From Candidatus Culexmicrobium cathedralense (GTDB lineage Archaea; Thermoproteota; Methanomethylicia; Culexarchaeales; Culexmicrobiaceae), in contig JANZKC010000001.1 in NCBI GenBank assembly GCA_025061115.1, positions 608,001 to 672,000 of the forward strand: a DNA stretch of 64,000 nt, read 5' to 3'. Positions 11,087 to 20,358 of the stretch are shown here, piece by piece. How positions within the stretch are numbered: position 1 is the first letter of the stretch; each line of letters opens with the position of its first letter. The notes below the pieces were generated by a model. That model searched no databases and was not told the DNA's origin. It saw only the letters and a list, made by a program, of their open reading frames with translations. Both the position numbers and the translations under genes were made by a program.

Positions 11087-12046
11087 ATGAATTTTAGCGA
11101 GGAAGAGAAGAGAATATTCGAGGAGCTCTCTAGGCTTGAGACCGAGCAGATAAATCCGAGGGCTCAGCAATTAAGTGAGCTGCCAACGATAGAAGTCCTA
11201 AAGGTGATTAATGAGGAAGATAAGAAGGTTGCCTATGCTATTGAAAAGGAGCTCCCAAGAATAGCTGAAGCAGTTGAAGTGATAGTTGATGCGGTGAGAA
11301 GAGGTGGAAAGTGGATATATGTGGGTGCGGGAACGAGCGGTAGGCTTGGAGTAATCGATGTTGCTGAGCTGCTTCCAACCTATAATGTCGGGCCGGAAAC
11401 TGCAGATGCCATTATAGCCGGCGGGCCGGGAGCAATGTTCAGGCCTATAGAGGGAGCGGAAGATGATGAGGAAATGGCGGTGAGAGAGCTGAAGGCTAGA
11501 AGGCTAAGGAGCAAAGACGTGGTGATTGGAATTTCAGCCAGTGGGAGAACGCCTTTCGTAATTTCAGCGCTCAAGTACGCGAGAAAAATTGGAGCTAAAA
11601 CTGTGGCGATAACCTGCGTCAAGAACTCTCCAATAACAAGGCACGCAGATATAATTATTTGCCCTCAAACTGGGCCGGAAGTAATCACCGGCTCAACAAG
11701 AATGAAGGCTGCAACAGCCCAAAAAATGATTTTGACGATGCTTAGCACTGCAGTCATGGTTAGGCTTGGAAGGGTTCACGGAAGCCTAATGGTGACTCTA
11801 GAGCCAGTTAGCAAAAAGCTCATTGAAAGAGCTAAGAGGATCATAATGATAGAAGCTGGAGTGAGCTATGAGGAGGCTGCTGAGCTGCTGGAAATGTCGG
11901 GTGGAAATGTCACCGTAGCCATAGTAATGGCAAAAGCTGGAGTTAATAGGGAAATTGCAGAGAAGCTCTTAGAAGCCTCAAACAACATACCTACAAGGGC
12001 AATTAAGCTTGCAGAGGAGCTGAAATGCAGTGAGAAGGAAAGCTGA
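11087..12046 (+). CDS. murQ: N-acetylmuramic acid 6-phosphate etherase
   Basis: TEQINP, YVGAGTSGRLGVIDVAE, EGAEDD, GISASGRTPFV, GPEVITGSTRMKAATAQKM and C-terminal helical domain: the full MurQ signature. Confidence 0.95.
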   Translation: MNFSEEEKRIFEELSRLETEQINPRAQQLSELPTIEVLKVINEEDKKVAYAIEKELPRIAEAVEVIVDAVRRGGKWIYVGAGTSGRLGVIDVAELLPTYNVGPETADAIIAGGPGAMFRPIEGAEDDEEMAVRELKARRLRSKDVVIGISASGRTPFVISALKYARKIGAKTVAITCVKNSPITRHADIIICPQTGPEVITGSTRMKAATAQKMILTMLSTAVMVRLGRVHGSLMVTLEPVSKKLIERAKRIIMIEAGVSYEEAAELLEMSGGNVTVAIVMAKAGVNREIAEKLLEASNNIPTRAIKLAEELKCSEKES

Positions 12047-13205
12047 AGTAAAAGTTAAAACTGGACTTGACATCCTTGTAGAGGAGGACTTCAGGAGAAT
12101 TAGAGGATATACCATTGGAGTTGTGGCAAATCAAGCTTCAACAACGAGAAACCTAACCCACCTAGTTGAAGAAGCAAAGAAGAAAAGGCGATGCAATTTA
12201 GAGATAGTATTCTCGCCGGAGCACGGATTTTTAGGCGAGAGGCCGTGCGGAGAGAAGATCGCTGGAGAGTACTACGATCTAGACTATAACGTAAGGGTCT
12301 TCAGCCTATATGGAGAAAGTTTTAAGCCGCCAATAGAGCTTCTTGAAAAGCTCGACGCGCTAATATTCGACCTGCAAGATGTAGGTGTAAGGTGGTACAC
12401 CTACACGTCAACGCTATACTACTGCATCGAAGCCTGCGGCGAAGCAAAAACCCCAATATACGTGCTGGACAGGCCCAATCCAATAACCGGAGAAGTAATT
12501 GAAGGCCCAATTCTAAATCCAAAGTACAAGTCGTTTGTGGGAATTGCAGAAGTTCCCGTGAGGTATGGGCTAACAATAGGGGAATTAGCATTACTATTAA
12601 ACGACAAGTACAATCTAAAAGCAGACCTGCAAGTAGTTACAATGAAAAACTGGAAGAGAGATTATTGGTTTAAGGACACTGGGCTACCGTGGATTCTCCC
12701 ATCCCCTAACATGCCAACTCCAGAAACAGCACTAGTCTATCCTGGAACAGCACTACTTGAAGGAACCAACATCTCCGAAGGTAGGGGGACAACCAAGCCA
12801 TTCGAACTGATAGGAGCTCCATGGATTAAAGCCAGCAAGCTGGCTAAGGAACTAAATGCCCGAGGTCTGGCCGGAGTCATGTTTAGGCCAGCCTACTTTA
12901 GGCCCAGCACATCCAAGTACGCGGGAGAGCTATGCGGAGGAGTTCAAGTGCATGTGGTTGATAGGGAGGAGTTCAGAGCATTTGAAGTTGGAGTTCACAT
13001 AATATGCGCAATTAGAAACCTATATGAAGACAAGCTTCGATGGATAAGAAGAGGTCCAATCTACTTCATAGATCAGCTGGCTGGAACAAATAAGCTAAGA
13101 GAAATGGTGGATAGTGGAGTGGATGCGTGGGAAATAGTTGATAAACTCGAAAGGGAGCTAGACAAATACGTAATTGAAAGGGAGAAGTACCTGCTATACT
13201 TCTAG
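12030..13205 (+). CDS. namZ: Exo-beta-N-acetylmuramidase (DUF1343/YbbC family)
   Basis: FSPEHG, SLYG, FDLQDVGVRWYTY, VLDRPNP, YGLTIGELA, PSPNMP and SEGRGTTKPFE motifs; no signal peptide. Confidence 0.93.
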   Translation: MRRKAEVKVKTGLDILVEEDFRRIRGYTIGVVANQASTTRNLTHLVEEAKKKRRCNLEIVFSPEHGFLGERPCGEKIAGEYYDLDYNVRVFSLYGESFKPPIELLEKLDALIFDLQDVGVRWYTYTSTLYYCIEACGEAKTPIYVLDRPNPITGEVIEGPILNPKYKSFVGIAEVPVRYGLTIGELALLLNDKYNLKADLQVVTMKNWKRDYWFKDTGLPWILPSPNMPTPETALVYPGTALLEGTNISEGRGTTKPFELIGAPWIKASKLAKELNARGLAGVMFRPAYFRPSTSKYAGELCGGVQVHVVDREEFRAFEVGVHIICAIRNLYEDKLRWIRRGPIYFIDQLAGTNKLREMVDSGVDAWEIVDKLERELDKYVIEREKYLLYF

Positions 13206-14806
13206 CCACCAACTAGAGGAACCCTAGCAAACACGTCGTCTATATTAACTGGAAGGCGGCCGCCAGCTTGCAGCTCTCCAAACAAAATCCTAACCAGCGC
13301 CTCAAGCTGAGGCAATGTAATGCCATAAGTAGCGATGAAGCACTTAACCTGCGGAAAAGCCTTAACGTCATATGGGTCTCTAGAAGCAACAATCACAGCA
13401 TTACCCAGCTTATCAACCCGATTAACAAGTTCAATCTGGCCGGGATTCAGCAATGCATTATAAGTGAAAACAATTATTGCATCGCAAAATTCAAGATCAC
13501 CCAGCAACCCCTCGACTTCCTCACGTGAAGGATCCACTGAATAGATTTGGACGCTCAGCTCTTCACACTTTCCGCTGAAAATGCTATTCAATAAAACTTC
13601 AATACCCCCATGCTCCGCACCCAACCTGCCTGCAAGCTTATCTGGAACAGCTATGCCCAGCCTTCCCAAACCACCGCTTAGAGGCAGCAAACCCTCATCC
13701 TTAACAACGGTTATCGAGCTAACAGCAATTTCAAGCACGGCCTTCCGATGGGAATTGCAGCCGACAACCGATAAAGCAGCAGGATCAAACCTGTAGCTGT
13801 AAAGGCCGAATTCCCTCCTCAAACTCTCAATTCTCGCGTAAGACTCGATCAACCTATGCTTATCAATTCTGCCAGCCTCAACACCCTTGATAATTTCATC
13901 CTTGAGCTCAATCATTAGGTCATAATCACTGGCCGGCAATAGCAAGTCAACGCCAGCATTCAATGCGAGAGCTACAATCTCCTTAGGCTCGAAGCGATCG
14001 CGAATAGCCTTCATCTCCAAAGCATCAGTCATAACAACTCCATCAAAGCCAAGCATCCCCCTCAATATTCCACCCACAATTGGCTTTGAAAGCGTAGCTG
14101 GAAGCCCCGACTCATCAATTTTAGGATAAGCTATGTGAGCAGCCATAATTGACGATACGCCGGCTTCAACTGCAGCCTTAAATGGAATCAATTCACGCTT
14201 AACCATTTCCTCCAAGCTCAAGTTCAAAACCGGAAGGTCCAAGTGGGAGTCAACCGAAGTGTCGCCGTGACCTGGAAAGTGCTTCGCAACAGCCATAACT
14301 CCATTAGATTGAAGGGATTTAATGTAAGCTTCACTGAAGGCAGCAACCTCAATTGGATCATCGCCGAAGGATCTAACCCCAATAATAGGATTAACAGGAT
14401 TGGTATTTACATCAACAACTGGAGCTAAATTCATGTTTATGCCAATAGCCTTCAACTCCTTAGCTGCAATTTCAGCTACAATTCTAGCGCATTCAATTCT
14501 CCTAGTAGCTGAAATTGCCATTAAGCTGGGAAGAGATGTTGCTCCGCGGCTAATTCTCACAACAATTCCACCCTCATAATCTATGGAGACTATCAGTGGA
14601 GGCAAACCAATCTTCTTTGCAAAGGCCTGAAAGTCTTTAATTAATCCGGCAAGCTGCTTAGGGTCAACGATGTTCCTCTTGAACAATATTATTCCAGACG
14701 GCTTAATGACCTTCAAAAGCTCTTCATGCTCCTCAGAAAACTCAACACCATGGAAGCCTACCATCATAAGCTGACCTGAAAGGAAGTTCAAATCCATCAG
14801 GCTCAC
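13202..14806 (-). CDS. nagZ: GH3 beta-N-acetylglucosaminidase
   Basis: Diagnostic KHFPGHGDTSVDSH, plus IDYEGG, LAPVVDV, RSFG and MTDALEM nucleophile; C-terminal GH3_C domain. Confidence 0.95.
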   Translation of the reverse strand: MSLMDLNFLSGQLMMVGFHGVEFSEEHEELLKVIKPSGIILFKRNIVDPKQLAGLIKDFQAFAKKIGLPPLIVSIDYEGGIVVRISRGATSLPSLMAISATRRIECARIVAEIAAKELKAIGINMNLAPVVDVNTNPVNPIIGVRSFGDDPIEVAAFSEAYIKSLQSNGVMAVAKHFPGHGDTSVDSHLDLPVLNLSLEEMVKRELIPFKAAVEAGVSSIMAAHIAYPKIDESGLPATLSKPIVGGILRGMLGFDGVVMTDALEMKAIRDRFEPKEIVALALNAGVDLLLPASDYDLMIELKDEIIKGVEAGRIDKHRLIESYARIESLRREFGLYSYRFDPAALSVVGCNSHRKAVLEIAVSSITVVKDEGLLPLSGGLGRLGIAVPDKLAGRLGAEHGGIEVLLNSIFSGKCEELSVQIYSVDPSREEVEGLLGDLEFCDAIIVFTYNALLNPGQIELVNRVDKLGNAVIVASRDPYDVKAFPQVKCFIATYGITLPQLEALVRILFGELQAGGRLPVNIDDVFARVPLVGG

Positions 14807-15900
14807 CTCACGAGCGAAGCTGCAATTACGTTGTGAAGCTTAGGCCTAACATCTTTAATAGATGTGTTCTCCCTAGTTGGATGCACCCTTTTAGTTAGGA
14901 ATATGACGATCAATCTTGCTTCGGGATCTATCCACAAGGAAGTGCCGGTAAATCCGGTGTGCCCATAAGACTTGTCGGAGAATAGGTCGCCGCACGAAGA
15001 CCCAAAGGACTTGACATCCCACCCCAAACCCCTAGCTTCACCCAAGTCCGTAGTGTGGTTCATGGTCATCAACTTCGCGGTTCTAGGACTCAGAATTCTA
15101 ACCGCATTGTAGGAGCCGAAGTTGAGCATCATTTGAGCAAAAATTGCTAAGTCAAGTGCAGTTGAAAACAAGCCTGCATGCCCAGAAACGCCGTCCATCC
15201 TATACGCATTCTCATCATGAACTTCACCCCAAACAATTCGCCCCCTAAACTTGCAATACTCGGTTGTTGCAATTCTCTCCCTCGACTCCGCCGGAGGATT
15301 GTACATGGTGTCATTCGTGCCGAGAGGAGTGAAAATCTCTGAACTTGCAAACTCATCAATTCTAGCTCCGCAAAGCTTCTCTATGATTCTAGTTAAAATT
15401 ATGAAGCCAACGTCACTGTAAATCACTGTTTCGCCGGGCTTGCGCTCAAGGCCAGTACTTAAAGCCAAATTAAATACATCCTCCCTACTGGAAGCAGTCA
15501 AGTAAAATGGCTTCCAAGCAGGTAAACCTGAAGTGTGAGTTAGCAAGTGCATTAAAGTCACATCCTCCCGCCCATCGCCACTAAAGTTCGGTAAATACTT
15601 GCACACGGGATCGTCGAGGCGGAGAAGCCCTCTCTCAAGCAGAATCATCGCGGAGGTTGCAGCCACAACAGGCTTAGTTATTGAAGCTAGGTCGAAGATC
15701 GTGTCGATCCTCGTAATCCGCCTATCAGGAACAAGCATCGAGAAGCCGAAGGCCTTATGGTAAGCGATGAAGCCATCTTTTACAATTAGCAGAACTGCAC
15801 CTGGAAAGGCTCCACTTTCAATGCAGTTCACAATGAAATCATCTACTCGATTTAAACGCTTAACCGAAAATCCAACGTCCTCCGGACTGCACCTCTCCAA
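14803..15900 (-). CDS. Serine hydrolase of the beta-lactamase/AmpC family, probable AmiE-type N-acetylmuramyl-L-alanine amidase
   Basis: FDLASITK (SxxK), LLTHTSGL, YSD, GEVHDENA, GHAGLFSTA and GHTGFTGTS motifs; coupled to nagZ as in the Bacillus nagZ/amiE locus. Confidence 0.8.
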   Translation of the reverse strand: MERCSPEDVGFSVKRLNRVDDFIVNCIESGAFPGAVLLIVKDGFIAYHKAFGFSMLVPDRRITRIDTIFDLASITKPVVAATSAMILLERGLLRLDDPVCKYLPNFSGDGREDVTLMHLLTHTSGLPAWKPFYLTASSREDVFNLALSTGLERKPGETVIYSDVGFIILTRIIEKLCGARIDEFASSEIFTPLGTNDTMYNPPAESRERIATTEYCKFRGRIVWGEVHDENAYRMDGVSGHAGLFSTALDLAIFAQMMLNFGSYNAVRILSPRTAKLMTMNHTTDLGEARGLGWDVKSFGSSCGDLFSDKSYGHTGFTGTSLWIDPEARLIVIFLTKRVHPTRENTSIKDVRPKLHNVIAASLVR

Positions 15901-15970
15901 TCAAGCCCACCAATAAAAGCTTGCACGCAACTATAATATCACTTTGACCACAACCATCTAGGGAGAGCTG

Positions 15971-17170
15971 ATGAACCCAATTGAAAAATTGGCTAAGCTC
16001 CAAAGCAAAAGGCGCAAAATCGCCGTAGGATTAATGTCAGGAACATCAGTCGACGGAGTTTCAGCAGTACTAGTTGAAATTGAGGGAAACTGGCTAAACA
16101 CGAAGTTCAAGATAATCGGCCACAAAACCTACCCTTACCCAAATGAGGTTAGGGAGAAGATATTCGAGCTGTTCGATCCTGAAACTGGAACGGTGGATAA
16201 GATCTGCACCATGAACTTCATTTTAGGGAAAATATTTGCTCAAGCAGTATTGAAAATAGCTGAAGAGTGCGGATTCCCAATTGGAGACGTAGACTTAATT
16301 GCAAGCCACGGACAGACAATCCACCACATGCCAAGGAAAATTAGAATTGCAAACTACGAGTCCAAGTCGACGCTGCAAATTGGCGAGCCATCAGTGATAG
16401 CTGAGGAGACAGGAGTGCTGACAATTGCAGACTTCAGGCCAAAAGATGTAGCTGCAGGCGGAGAAGGAGCACCAATAAGCGCATACGCAGACTACATAAT
16501 TTTCAGAAGCAGCAAAGCTTCAAGGGCAATTCAAAACATCGGAGGAATAGCAAACGTAACCTACATACCTAAAAGTGCGGATTTAAGCGAAGTCATAGCA
16601 TTCGACACTGGGCCGGGAAACATGCTAATAGATGCAATGGTAAAACGCGTAACAGACGGGAAAATGAAGTACGACTCCAATGGAAAGTTGGCTGCAAAGG
16701 GAAGAATTTCAGAGGAGCTGCTAAGCTGGCTCATGAATCACCCATACATCCATAGAAAACCTCCAAAAACAACTGGTCGAGAGGAATTTGGAGAAAAATT
16801 CGCCGAAAAAGTATTTGAAAAGGCAGCTGAGCTGGGAGTGAAAGGAGAAGACCTAATTGCAACAGTAACTATGTACACAGCCAAAACAATAGCAGAAAGC
16901 TACCGAAGACATCTACCCACAATGCCGGATGAAGTCATTGTCGGCGGAGGAGGCTCATACAATAAAACTCTAATGAAAATGCTGAAGGAAGAAATTGAAG
17001 AGGCAAAAATAATGACCCACGAAGACTTCAGAATACCTGCACAGGCAAAGGAGCCCCTAGTAATGGTTATCCTAGCAAATGAAGTAATTCACGGACACTT
17101 CAACAACATTCCAAACGCCACTGGAGCCTCAAGGAAAGTGATTATGGGAAAAATAGTTTTTGGAAATTAA
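15971..17170 (+). CDS. anmK: Anhydro-N-acetylmuramic acid kinase
   Basis: GLMSGTSVDG, SHGQT, DFRPKDVAAGGEGAP, NIGGIAN, FDTGPGN, PKTTGREEF, GGG and AKE motifs. Confidence 0.95.
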   Translation: MNPIEKLAKLQSKRRKIAVGLMSGTSVDGVSAVLVEIEGNWLNTKFKIIGHKTYPYPNEVREKIFELFDPETGTVDKICTMNFILGKIFAQAVLKIAEECGFPIGDVDLIASHGQTIHHMPRKIRIANYESKSTLQIGEPSVIAEETGVLTIADFRPKDVAAGGEGAPISAYADYIIFRSSKASRAIQNIGGIANVTYIPKSADLSEVIAFDTGPGNMLIDAMVKRVTDGKMKYDSNGKLAAKGRISEELLSWLMNHPYIHRKPPKTTGREEFGEKFAEKVFEKAAELGVKGEDLIATVTMYTAKTIAESYRRHLPTMPDEVIVGGGGSYNKTLMKMLKEEIEEAKIMTHEDFRIPAQAKEPLVMVILANEVIHGHFNNIPNATGASRKVIMGKIVFGN

Positions 17171-17176
17171 AATGCC

Positions 17177-18208
17177 TCACCCCAACAGCTTCCTATCAAA
17201 TTCAACCAGCTCAGGATGAACAAACCTCCCATCCTTCAGTAAGCAAGTGCCATCAACGTAAACCGTTGGATTCAAGCAATTTCCATCAGAATGAGCCTTA
17301 GCCCTTCCAACCTTACCTTTAAATCTAAGCGACTGAGAGCCGAAGCCAAACTCTATGCAGCCATAAACCCTCTCATCCTCAAGTGGAACTCCAGTCAACC
17401 TAGCTCCAGGATTAAATCCGAAGGATACATGAGCAATATAATACATTTTGGGGTCATTGAAGCCTGCAAGCCAGCGCTTAAAGGCCTCAGCCTCCCAGCC
17501 ACCCTCAACATCAACAATTCTCCCCTCCTCAATGGTTAAAGCTACAGGTGAAGAGAGTACGCCGACATTCTGAGGAGGCCAAAGAAATCCGTCCAGAACA
17601 AGCCTACCATTAATGCTCTTCTCAATTGGAGCCCAAGAAACTTGCCCGCCCAGAAACTTCAATTCACCCGGCTTGCGAACCTTACCATCATTATGGTAAA
17701 CCGGCCTATGGGGATCGTTTTCCATCACAAGTGAAGTCCCCTTAGGAGAATGCACTTCGATTTTCCTCGCCATTGAAATCACCTTTGCAAGCGCATCGCC
17801 AAGCTTGCACATCGCCTCATAATCCACCTTGCCGATCAACCTAATCATCATGTCAGGATTCATTCCAGTCAAATCGCAAATCCTAGCCCCAGCATTTAGA
17901 GCCTCGTAGAAAGCATTGGTATGAATAATATATTGGTATACGAAGTCTATGATGACGTCACTTGAAGCCATTGCAGCTGCAACTGGCTTTGGAGGCTCAA
18001 CATTAACCTCGCTCCTAGTCTCATAAACAACTTCAACAGCCTCACCTCCAACCGCATGAGCCATGGCGGTGACCACATCAACCATACTTCTGTCAACTGC
18101 AGTATCAGCTAAAACTAGAACTGACTCACCAGCTTCAACGCCAGCTAAAAGCTTCACGACCTTATATGCAGCTCTAGCAAGCTCCATAAACATGCGGCCA
18201 CCAAGCAC
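17177..18208 (-). CDS. Aminopeptidase T / M29-like metalloprotein (leucyl aminopeptidase-like)
   Basis: VEPP, GT.L, IAHVSFGFNP, EDERVYG.I.FGFG and AHSDG pattern of the thermophilic metalloprotease/NicX superfamily. Confidence 0.65.
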   Translation of the reverse strand: MLGGRMFMELARAAYKVVKLLAGVEAGESVLVLADTAVDRSMVDVVTAMAHAVGGEAVEVVYETRSEVNVEPPKPVAAAMASSDVIIDFVYQYIIHTNAFYEALNAGARICDLTGMNPDMMIRLIGKVDYEAMCKLGDALAKVISMARKIEVHSPKGTSLVMENDPHRPVYHNDGKVRKPGELKFLGGQVSWAPIEKSINGRLVLDGFLWPPQNVGVLSSPVALTIEEGRIVDVEGGWEAEAFKRWLAGFNDPKMYYIAHVSFGFNPGARLTGVPLEDERVYGCIEFGFGSQSLRFKGKVGRAKAHSDGNCLNPTVYVDGTCLLKDGRFVHPELVEFDRKLLG

Positions 18209-18290
18209 AAACTATTACATGGCTAGTATTACTAGGTTGCGCTAACGCGAATTGAGGATAATAAAGTTATGTAAAAAGAGTGCGGAGCTC

Positions 18291-19601
18291 CTAGTACCTC
18301 CTACGCATATACTGGAGAAGCAATATCACAATTATTATCACTATTAAAGCAGCAACCACGTAGAGCGTCGCTGGAGGAGGTGGAGGAGGACGACTACTAA
18401 CATTTACAGTCACTGAATTCGACTGAACATTATCAGCAACTGCGCGCGCCGTGTATGAGCCGGCCTCTCCAAAAGTCACCGTAAACGAAGCAACGCCATT
18501 AGCGTCGGTAGTCCTTATGCTGTAAAGCTCATCGTTAATGTATAGAGTTACGCTGACGCCGGACATCGGATTGCCATTTTGATCGTGAACCGTAGCTCTA
18601 AATGTAACTGGCTCGCCAGTTACGGCGGACTCCTTATCAACCTCCAAGCTTATGCTAGTCACAGTCGGAGCTGGCGGCAGAGGGCTGACGGTCACCGTAA
18701 TAGTGTTGGACTTCACGGAGTCCGCGATCGCATATACTTCGTGAGCACCCTCAACATCAAATCTAACTAGGAATACAGCTGCACCTCCAATTCCAGCATA
18801 CTTGGTGTCGTAGAGCTCTCCATCAACCATCAAATCGACTTGAACTCCAGCCATAGGACTACCGTACTGGTCTCGGACTGTTGCCGTAAAGATCACTACA
18901 CCCCCAACATCAACTTCAGTTGTTTCAGCGTCAAGCAATATGCTGTGAACTGCAGGGGGCTCGCGAACAGTTATATCAACAGTATTCGATTGAACGCCAT
19001 CAGCTACCGCGTAAACTTCAAAGACACCCGCTTCATCGAAAGTGACGTAGAAAGTTACTGTACCATCATAAGAGGAATTCCGAGCCCCGTAAAGCTCCCC
19101 ATCAATGTATAGTTTTACTTCAACATTGGCCATGGGGTCGCCATACTGATCATAGACTACAGCAGTGAATGCCACCACATCTCCAACGTAGATCATGCGT
19201 ATATTGGCAGTAAGCTCAACCCTACTAACTACTGGTGGAGGAGCACTAACAGTAAACGTGCACGTACTAACACTACCAGTGGAAACATCCTTAGCATAAA
19301 GCGTATAATCTCCAGTGGGCCAGTCGCTTGGAACCTTCAGCTGCATGGTTAGAGTGCCATCTGAAGATGCAACATCCTCCCAAACCCACATTGGACCAGT
19401 AGGCCCATTAAGCTGAAGCATAACCTTTCCATTTGGAGTAGCGCCTGAGACAGTTATCGTCATAACCTCGCCCAATCTATATGAAGACTTGTCGGTTGTA
19501 ACAGTAAATGAGGCATACACTAGAACTGTGGTAAACGATAGGGCGAAGAGCAAAGTTAGTGTTAGCAAAGCCAAACCCCTTAGTCTCATGATAATCACCA
19601 C
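18291..19601 (-). CDS. Cell-surface protein with tandem Ig-like (Big_1-like) repeats, signal peptide and C-terminal membrane anchor
   Basis: Three repeats of F.A.V.DQ.G.PM..V.V.L..DGELY...F...G...V.A.AD.V.SN; Pro linkers; TM helix followed by RRR. Confidence 0.85.
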   Translation of the reverse strand: MVIIMRLRGLALLTLTLLFALSFTTVLVYASFTVTTDKSSYRLGEVMTITVSGATPNGKVMLQLNGPTGPMWVWEDVASSDGTLTMQLKVPSDWPTGDYTLYAKDVSTGSVSTCTFTVSAPPPVVSRVELTANIRMIYVGDVVAFTAVVYDQYGDPMANVEVKLYIDGELYGARNSSYDGTVTFYVTFDEAGVFEVYAVADGVQSNTVDITVREPPAVHSILLDAETTEVDVGGVVIFTATVRDQYGSPMAGVQVDLMVDGELYDTKYAGIGGAAVFLVRFDVEGAHEVYAIADSVKSNTITVTVSPLPPAPTVTSISLEVDKESAVTGEPVTFRATVHDQNGNPMSGVSVTLYINDELYSIRTTDANGVASFTVTFGEAGSYTARAVADNVQSNSVTVNVSSRPPPPPPATLYVVAALIVIIIVILLLQYMRRRY

Positions 19602-20158
19602 TAACCTTGAACTTGGAAGGTAAATTCAAGCCCACTCTTGGAAGCTAAAGGTACTCCTCCCTCATCAAGCCAGTTGCTCCACACCATAACCTTAACCTTA
19701 TAAGTTCCAGTTGGGGCATCATCCGGAATTCTATATCCAATGCCAGCAGACTCGGTTTCGCCTGGAGATATCTCCTCAACAACGAAACCCATGAACACTG
19801 GAGTATTCCCATACATTACTTGGATTAGTAGCAAGAACTTAGTTGGCGTAGTGAAGTAGTAATAAGAGGTAGTATCTCCAAAGTAGTAAGCATATGCCAT
19901 CTCGATAGTTGCGTTTATCAAGACCAGCTCGCCTCTGCTAAATGTGCTCTTAGGATTTCCCGTCTGATCAGCGCTGAAAGCTGTAGTTATGTCTAGGGGT
20001 AATTCTTGAGATGGAGCTATGAAGCTCGCCAATGAGCCAATATAGCTGATTAAAGCGCCAACAGCAATAACTGCTACCAGCACTATTGCTATTAACCGCT
20101 TAGCGTCAATTTCAATGACAATCTCCCTAATTTCACCTTCGGGCAAAGCTTCTCCCAT
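19601..20158 (-). CDS. Membrane-anchored beta-sandwich protein, function unknown
   Basis: N-terminal TM helix; C-terminal IPDDAPTGTYKVKV Ig-like motif; coupled to the Ig-repeat gene. Confidence 0.7.
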   Translation of the reverse strand: MGEALPEGEIREIVIEIDAKRLIAIVLVAVIAVGALISYIGSLASFIAPSQELPLDITTAFSADQTGNPKSTFSRGELVLINATIEMAYAYYFGDTTSYYYFTTPTKFLLLIQVMYGNTPVFMGFVVEEISPGETESAGIGYRIPDDAPTGTYKVKVMVWSNWLDEGGVPLASKSGLEFTFQVQG

Positions 20159-20358
20159 CCATTAAATTCTATTGAATCATATTAAAGCGCCATCTATTTA
20201 TATGTTATTCCCTCCCAATAAAGCCCTATAAATTAGCAACATACTTAAGCTAACCTAAAATAACAAATAAATATTCATAATAACATTAGCAAAGTAAATT
20301 TACACAACGGAAATAGAGGCATTGCCTAGCCATAAGCAAAGTTGGTTGGAGGGCGAAA

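Noticed and set aside
14803-15900. Beta-lactamase / antibiotic resistance call
   Set aside because: Archaea lack the beta-lactam target; no signal peptide; coupling to nagZ and the GEVHDENA motif favour an AmiE-type amidase
11087-17170. Recycling of the organism's own wall or pseudomurein
   Set aside because: Pseudomurein has no MurNAc or lactyl ether, and no Mur ligases are present in the window
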